Assembly (NCBI GenBank): GCA_023417665.1
Contig: JAEZFA010000249.1
Span: 1-45,683 of the forward strand
Source: Pseudomonadota bacterium
GTDB taxonomy: Bacteria > Pseudomonadota > Alphaproteobacteria > Rhizobiales > Xanthobacteraceae
Reading direction: 5' to 3'
Length of the DNA stretch: 45,683 nt
Within the stretch, counting starts at the first letter, position 1. Every line of letters starts with the position of its first letter. Below are positions 25,888-34,212 of this stretch, piece after piece. The notes under the pieces are model-generated. The model made no database searches, was not told the DNA's origin, and saw only the letters and a program-made list of their open reading frames with translations. A program made the position numbers and the translations under genes.

Positions 25888-27183
25888 ATGAAAGTACGAA
25901 ATTTCCTACTGTGTTTGGCATTCGCAGCCGGTGTGGCGGCGTCCGGACCCGCTTCCGCGCAGGAAAAGCCGGCAACGCTCAATGTCGGCATCTTCACCTT
26001 CACCTCCGGCCCGGCCGCGGCCTATGGCATGCCAGGCAAGAATGCCGCCGATCTGATGATCGAAATGATCAACGCGACCGGCGGCATCGGTGGCGTTCCG
26101 CTCGCTGCAACCTATGTCGATGAGGCGCAGGGCGCGCAAGGCGTGATCGCCGAGTATCGCCGGCTGGCCAGCGATCAAAAGAACCAGGTCATGATTGCAG
26201 CGCTGTCCAGCGCGAACTGTCTTGCCTTGGCTCCGATTGCCGAGCAGTTGCAGATGCCGACCATCGGCTGGAACTGCGATACGCACCAGCTGCTGCTGGA
26301 CGGCAAGAGCAAGTTCGTGTTTCGGCCCAACGGAAACACCATTCCCGAGTTCATGGCCTATGCGATCTATCTGCTGCAGCACAAGCCGGACGTGAAAACG
26401 ATCGCGATCATCAATCCGGACTATGCCTTCGGTCACGATGCGGCAACGATCTTCAAGGCCGCGCTGAAGGCGTTCAAGCCGGATGTTGAAGTGGTCGCCG
26501 AGCTTTATCCGAAACTCGGCTCTCCGAACTTCCAGACCGAGATTTCCCGCCTCGCGACCGCGCGGCCGGATGTGATTTTCTCCAATCTCTGGGGTGCGGA
26601 TCTTGAGAATTTCATCCGTCAGGCCTCGCCCCGCGGGATCTTCTCGTCCAGTCAGGTGGTTCTGGCGCTCGGTGAAACCGTTCTCCAGCGCGTTCCTCTG
26701 CCCGAAGGCGTGATCGTCGGCGTGCTCGGCGACGGCTGGTGGATGTCGTCGGATTCGAAGAAGAACGAGATGACCGCGAAATTCGCCGAAGCCTACAAGA
26801 AGCGCTTCGGGGAGTATCCGGTGTTCCCGTCGATGAAGATGGCGAATACGCTGCTTTACATGAAGGCGGCCTACGAAGCCGCGCTCAAGAAGAATAACGG
26901 AAAATGGCCGACGCGCGAACAGGTGGCCGATGCCATGAAGGGAAGCGTCGTTCCCACCCTGACCGGTATTGCGCGCACGCGTCCCGACAATGACGGCGTC
27001 GTCGATCAGATCGTCGGCGTGACGGTCAAGTCGTCCGCGTACCCGTTCCCGGTGATCGGAAAAATGGTCCGCTACAAGGGCGAGTCGTTGATGCCTGCGG
27101 GTAATGAAGACCCGATCAAGTGGATTTCTACGTTGAAGCCCGACTTCGTGGCCAATGCCCCGAAGCCGGACAGCTACAAGTAG
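25888..27183 (+). CDS. ABC substrate-binding protein (LivK/branched-chain amino-acid/amide type, family 4)
   Basis: ATG 25888. Signal peptide MKVRNFLLCLAFAAGVAASGPASAQE. 'LNVGIFTFTSGPAAAYG' is typical of Leu/Ile/Val/urea/amide binding proteins. Confidence 0.8.
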   Translation: MKVRNFLLCLAFAAGVAASGPASAQEKPATLNVGIFTFTSGPAAAYGMPGKNAADLMIEMINATGGIGGVPLAATYVDEAQGAQGVIAEYRRLASDQKNQVMIAALSSANCLALAPIAEQLQMPTIGWNCDTHQLLLDGKSKFVFRPNGNTIPEFMAYAIYLLQHKPDVKTIAIINPDYAFGHDAATIFKAALKAFKPDVEVVAELYPKLGSPNFQTEISRLATARPDVIFSNLWGADLENFIRQASPRGIFSSSQVVLALGETVLQRVPLPEGVIVGVLGDGWWMSSDSKKNEMTAKFAEAYKKRFGEYPVFPSMKMANTLLYMKAAYEAALKKNNGKWPTREQVADAMKGSVVPTLTGIARTRPDNDGVVDQIVGVTVKSSAYPFPVIGKMVRYKGESLMPAGNEDPIKWISTLKPDFVANAPKPDSYK

Positions 27184-27210
27184 CGCCATACACCACAGAC
27201 CCGGAAGCGG

Positions 27211-28122
27211 TTGTTACATACGATGCTTGCTCTCGCGATCACTCTTCTGCTCGACAGTCTGGCCAGCGCGGCGCTGATATTCTTTGCCGCCGTTGGATTG
27301 ACGTTGGTCTTTAGTGTTCTGCGCGTATTGAATGTGGCTCATGGCAGCCTCTATTCGATCGGAGCCTATGTAGCCGCTTCCGGGTGCCTTTTCGTCGCGA
27401 GCGCGGGGCTCGATCCTCGCCTCTCGTTCGTGGCGCTGCTTTTCAGTGCGGTTCTCGTCGCCGCGGCGCTTGGGCCGCTGATCGAAAGAACGCTGATCCG
27501 CTGGACGTACGGAAAATCGGAAGCGGTTCAGATTCTCGTGACGTTTGGCCTGTTCCTGATGCTGGAGGACATCCAGAGAAAAGTATTCGGCGTGCAGTCG
27601 TTTTACGAAGACACGCCGATGCGACTTCTCGGAACTTCGGAAATCGGGGGGATTGTCTATCTCAACTACCAGCTCCTGCTTATTGCCGCCGCTGCCGTCG
27701 TGGTGGTCGGGCTGCGCCTGATCATCCGGCGGACCCGAATCGGCCGGCTGGTAACCGCCGTCGTGGTGGATCGCGAGATGGCGCTCTCGGTCGGGATCAA
27801 TACGAGCCGCATCTTCGTGCTTGCGTTTTCGTTCGGCGTTTTTCTCGCGGCGTTGGGCGGTGCCCTGGCCGTGCCGACATCGGGCGTTGCTCCCGGACTG
27901 GGGGCCGACACCATGGTCCTTGCGTTCGCGGTCGCCGCGATCGGCGGCCTGGGGCAAATTGAAGGGGCCGCGGTTGCAGCCGTCATCGTCGGGGTCGCGC
28001 GGGTTCTTGCGATCTATTTCGTGCCGTCGCTCGATGCGGTCGCGCCTTATGCGGCCATGCTGGCGGTGCTGCTCGTCAAGCCTTACGGACTGTTTGGCTC
28101 CGTAACTGCGAGGCGGATCTGA
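27211..28122 (+). CDS. livH: Branched-chain amino-acid-type ABC permease (LivH-like)
   Basis: About 300 aa polytopic protein. 'NVAHGSLYSIGAY' is the LivH motif. Start is TTG 27211 or ATG 27223. Confidence 0.85.
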   Translation: MLHTMLALAITLLLDSLASAALIFFAAVGLTLVFSVLRVLNVAHGSLYSIGAYVAASGCLFVASAGLDPRLSFVALLFSAVLVAAALGPLIERTLIRWTYGKSEAVQILVTFGLFLMLEDIQRKVFGVQSFYEDTPMRLLGTSEIGGIVYLNYQLLLIAAAAVVVVGLRLIIRRTRIGRLVTAVVVDREMALSVGINTSRIFVLAFSFGVFLAALGGALAVPTSGVAPGLGADTMVLAFAVAAIGGLGQIEGAAVAAVIVGVARVLAIYFVPSLDAVAPYAAMLAVLLVKPYGLFGSVTARRI

Positions 28123-29045
28123 TGGTTCGTATCGCGTTCATCGTGGGCCTTGCGGCGCTGGCCATTGCGCCGCTGCTGGCACCCTGGCTGCAATTCGTTC
28201 TCACGGTCGCGATTGCGAAGGGATTTGCGGCGCTCGGGGTCGCGATCCTGTTGCGGGCGGGGCTGATCTCGATTGGCCATGCAATGTTCTTTGCCGTCAG
28301 CGCCTATGCCTCGGCCTTTCTGCTTCGTTTCGGTGTCACCGAGTTCGTCGCGATCCTGTTGATTTCGGTCATCGTGTCGGGGATCGTCGGCGCCATCGCG
28401 GGTCTCTTTCTCGTCCGCTATCGCGCGATATTTTTCGCGATGTTGAATCTCGCGATTTCGATGGTGTTTTACGCGCTGTTTGCGAAGCTCTACCGCGTAA
28501 CCGGCGGCACCGACGGCATGCCGATGCCAATCCCCACCTTGTTCGGCGCATCGCTTAGCGAACCGGTGTTCAAGAACATCCTCTTCTACCTCTCGATCGG
28601 CCTGATGCTTGCGGTCGGGTGGCTCATGCACAAGTACCTGCAAAGCCCGCTGGGACAGGCGCTGGCGGCGGTCCACACGAACGAGGTGAGGCTCGAATAT
28701 ATCGGCGTCTCGGTGAAGCGGGTGCTTCTCGTCGCCTATATTATCTCCGCGGTTCTCGCCGGCATCGGCGGCACCATCGCCGGCTTCGCAATCGGCCGCG
28801 TGATTCCGGACTTCGCGTTCTGGACGGCATCGGGGCATCTCGTGCTGGTTGCGGTTCTCGGCGGGATTGGCGGTATCGCCGGAGCGTTCATCGGCGCGCT
28901 GTTCCTAGAGTTGTTGCACACGGTCGCGGTCACGATCACCGATGCGTGGAATTTCATCGTCGGCGCGGTGCTGATCGGAGTCATCATGTTTCTCCCGCAA
29001 GGGCTTTACGGGTTGCTGACGCGCCGGAAAGTGTCGGTGAAATGA
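28122..29045 (+). CDS. livM: Branched-chain amino-acid-type ABC permease (LivM-like)
   Basis: 307 aa. 'GLISIGHAMFFAVSAY' is the LivM motif. 1-nt overlap with livH and ATGA overlap with livG. Confidence 0.85.
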   Translation: MVRIAFIVGLAALAIAPLLAPWLQFVLTVAIAKGFAALGVAILLRAGLISIGHAMFFAVSAYASAFLLRFGVTEFVAILLISVIVSGIVGAIAGLFLVRYRAIFFAMLNLAISMVFYALFAKLYRVTGGTDGMPMPIPTLFGASLSEPVFKNILFYLSIGLMLAVGWLMHKYLQSPLGQALAAVHTNEVRLEYIGVSVKRVLLVAYIISAVLAGIGGTIAGFAIGRVIPDFAFWTASGHLVLVAVLGGIGGIAGAFIGALFLELLHTVAVTITDAWNFIVGAVLIGVIMFLPQGLYGLLTRRKVSVK

Positions 29046-29794
29046 GCGCGCGCGTCCTGAAGGTCAGGGATATTCACGTCGACTTCGGCGGCATCAAAGC
29101 GGCCGACGGCGTGAGCCTCGACGTGTTCGACGGTGAGTTTCTCGCTGTTATCGGGCCGAATGGTTCGGGCAAGACGACCTTGCTGAACATTTGCACCGGT
29201 TATGTGCGGCCGGCTTCGGGCGAGATCCATTTGCACGACCGCGAGATCACGAAACTTTCGCCGCGCGACATCGCTCATCTTGGCGTCGCGCGAGCCTTTC
29301 AGATTCCGCAGTTGTTCTCGGACCAGACCGTTATCGACAACATTATGCTGGCGCTTGCCGCCAAGAAGGGCTTCTGGACGGGAACGCGTCCGCTCGCGTC
29401 CGAAAGCCGCCGGGCAGAGGCGGAGTCGCTGCTTGGCCTTTTCGGGCTCGAACAGGACAAGGACCGGGTCAGCAATACGCTTCCCGAAGGTCACCGGAAG
29501 CTTCTCGATATCGCCATTGCGCTCGCACAAAAGCCGCGCCTGCTGCTTCTCGATGAGCCGACGAGCGGCGTCAGCGCGCTCGAGCGGTTTCAGATCATGG
29601 AAGCGTTGATGGCGGTGCTGCGAAAGCAGAACGTCACCGCGCTTTTCGTCGAGCACGACATGGATGTCGTGGCGCGCTACGCGGACCGGGTGCTGGTCTG
29701 GAACTCCGGGAAGATCATGGCCGAAGGCAGTCCGGACCAAGTATTCAGCGATGCGAGAGTGCTCGAGAGCGTCGTGGGAGTGGCGCGATGCTGA
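29042..29794 (+). CDS. livG: ABC ATP-binding protein (LivG-like)
   Basis: 250 aa from ATG 29042 (the ORF track's 28619 start is a spurious extension through livM). Walker A 'GPNGSGKTT', 'LLLDEPTSGV'. Confidence 0.85.
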   Translation: MSARVLKVRDIHVDFGGIKAADGVSLDVFDGEFLAVIGPNGSGKTTLLNICTGYVRPASGEIHLHDREITKLSPRDIAHLGVARAFQIPQLFSDQTVIDNIMLALAAKKGFWTGTRPLASESRRAEAESLLGLFGLEQDKDRVSNTLPEGHRKLLDIAIALAQKPRLLLLDEPTSGVSALERFQIMEALMAVLRKQNVTALFVEHDMDVVARYADRVLVWNSGKIMAEGSPDQVFSDARVLESVVGVARC

Positions 29795-30444
29795 CGTTGA
29801 ACGATGTGCGTGCGTCCATCGGCGGGGTGCCGGTTCTTCGCAATGCAAGCTGTGTTGTTGCCAACGGCAAGACGACGGTTCTTGTCGGGCGCAATGGCGC
29901 CGGTAAAACGACGACGCTCCGGGCAATCATGGGACTGCTCAGGATCGACCACGGAGAAATCCGGCTCGACGACCGGGATATCGTGGCCGATCCGGCATAT
30001 CTGCGCGCGAAGCTGGGGATCGGTTACGCGCCGGAGGACCGCAGGCTGGTTCCTGAATTCAGCATCGAAGAAAACATCACCTTGCCGGCATTGGCGCTTG
30101 CGCTTCCAGGCGCGGAAGTCAGCCGCCGTCTCTCTGAAATTTACAGCCTGCTGCCGCAGCTGGAAAAATTGCGGCTCCGGCCCGGCGGCTCGGTTTCCGG
30201 CGGTCAGGGCAAGATGGTTGCACTGGGGCGCGCACTGATGGTTGCGCGGACGGCGCTGCTGCTGGACGAGCCGTTTCAGGGGCTGGCGCCGGCGCTGGCG
30301 CTCGAATATGCGCAGACGCTCGGCGAGTTGCGGAAACGCCGGCCCGAGCTTTCACTCCTGATTACGGAATCGTCCCCGGCGCTTCTCAACGATGTCGCGG
30401 ACGTAACCTTCCAGATCGAGCGTGGGGACATTTCCCCGGCCTAG
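29788..30444 (+). CDS. livF: ABC ATP-binding protein (LivF-like)
   Basis: 218 aa. 'GRNGAGKTT', 'VSGGQGKMVALGRAL', 'LLLDEPFQGLAP'. Confidence 0.85.
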   Translation: MLTLNDVRASIGGVPVLRNASCVVANGKTTVLVGRNGAGKTTTLRAIMGLLRIDHGEIRLDDRDIVADPAYLRAKLGIGYAPEDRRLVPEFSIEENITLPALALALPGAEVSRRLSEIYSLLPQLEKLRLRPGGSVSGGQGKMVALGRALMVARTALLLDEPFQGLAPALALEYAQTLGELRKRRPELSLLITESSPALLNDVADVTFQIERGDISPA

Positions 30445-30463
30445 GGATGCGTGAGAAAATAAA

Positions 30464-31147
30464 ATGACATTGCGCTTCAGAAGACATGCCGGAAACATTC
30501 AGGACAGCGTTGCAATCGAGATCGATACGCTGGTCATCGCGGGATGGGCTGGCCGGAACGCCGCTGCAATAGAACATCATATCGAGGAGCTTGCCGCACT
30601 CGGCATCCCCCGTCCTTCGACGACACCGCTGTTCTATCGCGTGGCTGCGGAGACTTTGACGCAAACGGACAAGCTGACTGTGCTCGGCCCCGACGGCTCC
30701 GGCGAAGTCGAACCCGTGATCGTTTCCATGGCTGACGGCCTGTGGGTCGGGATCGGTTCGGATCACACGGATCGAAAGGCCGAAGCCCATGGCATTGCGC
30801 TATCCAAACAGATGTGCGGCAAGCCGGTCGGGATTGAACTCTGGCGTTACGAAGACGTCGAGAAGCATTGGGACGAGTTGCAGCTTCGATCCTGGATGAC
30901 GATTGCGGGAAAGAAGACGCTGTATCAGGAGAGCAGTATTTCCGCCTTGCGCAGTCCGCGCGATCTCGTCGAGCGATACACGGGTGGAAAATCGCTGCCG
31001 ACCGGCACCCTGATGTTCTGCGGAACTCCCGCCGCGATCGACGGGATCCGCATGGGTTCTCGCTTCGAGATGGAAATTACCGATCCTGTGCTGCAACGCT
31101 CGCTTCGCCACGCATACGACGTCGTAGAGCTTCCGGTCGTTTCGTGA
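30464..31147 (+). CDS. DUF2848-like protein (function unknown)
   Basis: 227 aa. 'LVIAGWAGRN…IEHHIEELAALGIPRPSTTPLFYRV…GSDHTDRKAEAHGIALSKQMCGKP…' matches my recollection of DUF2848. Not verified by search. Confidence 0.5.
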   Translation: MTLRFRRHAGNIQDSVAIEIDTLVIAGWAGRNAAAIEHHIEELAALGIPRPSTTPLFYRVAAETLTQTDKLTVLGPDGSGEVEPVIVSMADGLWVGIGSDHTDRKAEAHGIALSKQMCGKPVGIELWRYEDVEKHWDELQLRSWMTIAGKKTLYQESSISALRSPRDLVERYTGGKSLPTGTLMFCGTPAAIDGIRMGSRFEMEITDPVLQRSLRHAYDVVELPVVS

Positions 31148-31160
31148 GCCGCTGATCGCC

Positions 31161-32468
31161 ATGGATCGCAGGGCTCAGGAATCCGCCGTCGCGAAGCTGG
31201 AGAGTGCTTTGGCAAGCATTCGATCGGCGGATCACGAGGGTAAGAAGGTATTCACGAAGGTTTTTGCCGAAAGCGCACGGCAGGAAGCGGAAGCATCCGA
31301 TCAGCGGCGCAAATCCGGCACGCTGCGCGGCTCGCTGGATGGCGCGATTGTCTCAATCAAGGCGCTTTTCGACGTCGCAGGAGAGGTTACGGCCGCCGGT
31401 TCAAAGCTGCTGCGCGGGCTTCCGGAAGCAAAATCCGACGCGGTCGTCGTATCCCGCCTGCGGAGCGCAGGAGCCGTAATCATCGGCACCACGCAGATGA
31501 CGGAGTTCGCCTTCTCGGCACTCGGCGTCAACCCGCATGACGAAGTGCCCGGGAATCCGGCCGACCGCCAGCGCGTTCCGGGCGGCTCGTCATCCGGTGC
31601 GGTTGTTTCCGTGATTGATGGTATGGCGGAGATTGCGATCGGGAGCGATACCGGAGGCTCGATCCGCATTCCTGCGGCTCTGTCCGGTGCGGTCGGCTTC
31701 AAGCCGACGGCAGGACGAATTCCGACGCATGGCGCCTTTTCGCTGTCGACAACGCTCGATACGGTCGGACCGATATCCGACAGCGTCGCCAATTGCGCCG
31801 CTGCCTATCAGACTCTTGCCGAAACTTCGCAAGACGAGTTAACGGCCGCTTCACCCGGGAGCTTTCGGCTCACAATTGCGCGGGGCCGGCTGTTCGACGG
31901 CTGCGACGAAACCGTCGAGCGCTCGTTTTCCGACGCCGTGAAGCTTCTTCGGACACAGGATGTTGACGTCCAGGACGGCAATATCGATGCGGCGTTGAAC
32001 GCGATCGCGGAAATCGACAGGATCGGGACATTCCCCTCCATCGAGGTGCGAGTAAGCCTGCGCAGCCTCGGGATCGAGGATCTTGAAGAGGTCGATCCGA
32101 ATACCAGAGTTCGGATAGAGGCCGGGGACAAAGTGAGTGCGTCCGACTATGTGAGAATGGTCAGGCTGCGCAACGCTGCAGTTACGGCATTTGAATCCTC
32201 GCTGGCAGCCAATGAAGTCGTCGTTCTGCCGACGACACCCATCGTTGCGCCGACAATAAGCTCGGTTGCGACACCGGCGGAATTTCACAGCAAGAACGGA
32301 TCGGTCTTGCGCAATCCCCGCGTTGCGAATCTGCTGGATTGTCCGTCGATTTCGCTTCCGCTGCCGGGCGACTTGCCTACCGGCTTCATGCTGATCGGGA
32401 AGCGCGGCGCAGATGAGGGCCTGTTGCGGATTGCGCGCTGCATCGAGTCGATGATCAAGCTGCATTGA
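31161..32468 (+). CDS. Amidase-signature (AS) family amidase
   Basis: 435 aa. Lys in 'VSIKALFDVAG', 'GGSSSGAVVSV', 'GSDTGGSIRIPAA' give an intact Ser-cisSer-Lys triad. Confidence 0.9.
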   Translation: MDRRAQESAVAKLESALASIRSADHEGKKVFTKVFAESARQEAEASDQRRKSGTLRGSLDGAIVSIKALFDVAGEVTAAGSKLLRGLPEAKSDAVVVSRLRSAGAVIIGTTQMTEFAFSALGVNPHDEVPGNPADRQRVPGGSSSGAVVSVIDGMAEIAIGSDTGGSIRIPAALSGAVGFKPTAGRIPTHGAFSLSTTLDTVGPISDSVANCAAAYQTLAETSQDELTAASPGSFRLTIARGRLFDGCDETVERSFSDAVKLLRTQDVDVQDGNIDAALNAIAEIDRIGTFPSIEVRVSLRSLGIEDLEEVDPNTRVRIEAGDKVSASDYVRMVRLRNAAVTAFESSLAANEVVVLPTTPIVAPTISSVATPAEFHSKNGSVLRNPRVANLLDCPSISLPLPGDLPTGFMLIGKRGADEGLLRIARCIESMIKLH

Positions 32469-32596
32469 GCACCCTCGAAACGTGGGTGCCGTAGGACGGC
32501 GTCAGAAAGCCTGCGTCCGCCGGAGCCAAATGCTCCCAAGGCATGGAAATAGCGAGGCTCTTGCCTGCATAAAAACTGGCTCCATTCGCATGAGTA

Positions 32597-32613
32597 ATGC
32601 TAAGAATTAGCAT
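32597..32613. promoter_or_regulatory. 7-3-7 perfect palindrome (operator-like) next to a candidate sigma-70 promoter
   Basis: ATGCTAA-GAA-TTAGCAT, followed by TTGACT (32621-32626), 17 nt, then CAAAAT (32644-32649). Confidence 0.45.
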
Positions 32614-32829
32614 CATAAATTTGACTTAGGTCAGCGACGGGCACAAAATTTTGGAAATGTGCACGAAACCGCATAGCTCACGCATGTTTAGCGCGCTGCC
32701 CACGGCCCGAGGGCGCGTGGCCGTTGCTTCGGCCGGCGCGACACCGGGCGGCGAGGGGAACGCTGCTTCCCTGAAATTCCATGCCGCAGGACATTCTCTC
32801 GCCCAGCGCCGAAACAGGCGGTGTCGCTG

Positions 32830-34212
32830 ATGGCCCGTATCTCGATCGAGCACGGGCTGGTGCTGACAATGGATCGCTCGAACCGTTTTATCGAGAACGG
32901 GCGCGTGATCATCGAAGGGCGCGACATCGTTGCCGTTGAATCCTGCGACACCGCTCAATCGCCGAACGTCGATCATGTGATCGACGCAAGCGGAAAGATC
33001 GTGCTGCCCGGCCTGATCAACGCGCATACGCATCTGTGCATGGTGTTCGGCCGCACCATCGGGCCCGAACGCAGGCTGCTGGAGTGGCTCGATCTTCTCA
33101 TGCCGATCATGGCGGAGATGGACGAGGATGCGCTCTATGTCGCCGAGCTGCTCGGCTGCGTCGAAAACATCAAGAACGGCAATACCAGCCTCGTCGAGAA
33201 CATCTTCATGCCGCCCGGCAGGAATGCGGATATCGAAGATGCTGCGTTCCGGGCAATGCGGGACAGCGGAATCCGCGGGACGGTCGCGCGGGCAACGGAA
33301 ACGCGTGCATTTGATCCGCGTTTTTGCGAGACGGCGGCCGAGCAGGCCGAGCGCGTCGAGCGGCTCGCCGGGCGCTGGAATGGATCGGAAGGCGGCCGTT
33401 TGCGCATGTCGATCGGACCGCTGCTGCCGTGGGTCGTCGATGAGGAAGGCTTTCGGAAAACGCGTGACGTCGCGCGCGGCAACGGCCTCTCGCTGCACAT
33501 GCATGTCGCGGAGTCGCCGGAATTCAATCTGATGATTGCGCGCCACTACGGCCGCAATATTCGTCAGGTCGAACTGCTCGACGAAGTCGGATGTTTGGGT
33601 CCCGACGTTCAGGCCGTTGCCTGCTCGGACGTTTCCGCGCATGAAATCGAATTGCTCGCAGCAAGCGGCACCGCGGTGCTGTTCGATCCGCCGACGCGGC
33701 TGTTCTGGGGGACCGGCTTTCCACCGATCAAGGATTTTCTGACGGCCGGCCTGACTTGCGGGCTCGCCACCAATGGCGCGGCGGCCAACTGCGGTCAGGA
33801 TTTGTTTGACAGCATGAAATATGCGTGCGCGACGGCGAAAACCGCCGCCAACGATCCGCGCGCACTCACCGCGGCGCGGGCGATCCGCATGGCAACCGAA
33901 GAAGGCGCTCGCGCGATCGGACTGCAGGATACCGGCTCCATCGAAGTCGGAAAGCGCGCCGACCTCATCACCATCGATGCAAGACAGCCGCATCTGTCGC
34001 CGCTGTTCGATCCGGAGAAGGCGCTCGTTTACAGCGCGCGGGGCGGGGATGTCCGCGACGTGGTCATCGACGGCCGCGTGGTCATGCAGAATCGCGAAAT
34101 CAAGACAATCGATGAGAAGGCGCTTCTCAAGGAAGCGGAGGAAGTCGCGCGCCGTTGCGCTGCCCGTGCCGGTGTCGCACTTCCGTTGGAGCGGGTAGCA
34201 AGCAATGCTTAA
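32830..34212 (+). CDS. Amidohydrolase-superfamily protein, ATZ/TRZ / SAH-MTA-deaminase-like, with substituted catalytic residues
   Basis: 'LPGLINAHTHL' (HxH) and 'LHMHVAES' (HxxE) are present. However 'AVACSDV' replaces 'AAHCVHL', 'LFDPPT' replaces 'SHNPxS', and 'LATNGAAAN' replaces 'LGTDGAASN'. Start is ATG 32830 (GTG 32821 also possible). Confidence 0.8.
   Translation: MARISIEHGLVLTMDRSNRFIENGRVIIEGRDIVAVESCDTAQSPNVDHVIDASGKIVLPGLINAHTHLCMVFGRTIGPERRLLEWLDLLMPIMAEMDEDALYVAELLGCVENIKNGNTSLVENIFMPPGRNADIEDAAFRAMRDSGIRGTVARATETRAFDPRFCETAAEQAERVERLAGRWNGSEGGRLRMSIGPLLPWVVDEEGFRKTRDVARGNGLSLHMHVAESPEFNLMIARHYGRNIRQVELLDEVGCLGPDVQAVACSDVSAHEIELLAASGTAVLFDPPTRLFWGTGFPPIKDFLTAGLTCGLATNGAAANCGQDLFDSMKYACATAKTAANDPRALTAARAIRMATEEGARAIGLQDTGSIEVGKRADLITIDARQPHLSPLFDPEKALVYSARGGDVRDVVIDGRVVMQNREIKTIDEKALLKEAEEVARRCAARAGVALPLERVASNA

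Noticed and set aside
28619-29041. Upstream extension of the LivG-like ORF. Similar extensions occur at 25759-25887, 36680-36832, 11005-11085 and 23379-23438.
   Set aside because: The extensions overlap the preceding genes in another frame or lack family similarity. Internal starts with an RBS, a signal peptide or an ATGA coupling give proteins of canonical length.
29380-29530. Unusual ABC signature 'LPEGHRKLLDIAIAL' in the LivG-like ATPase, considered as a sign of inactivation.
   Set aside because: LivG-type proteins naturally deviate from LSGGQ (typically L-x-Y-G-x-Q-R). The Walker A and B motifs are intact and the partner LivF has a canonical signature. This is not clearly abnormal.
32539-32554. 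Weak sigma-54-like AGGCAT-GGAAA-TAGC.
   Set aside because: Only the GG/GC spacing fits. Both hexamers are poor, and a better sigma-70-like TTGACT-N17-CAAAAT lies 70 nt downstream.
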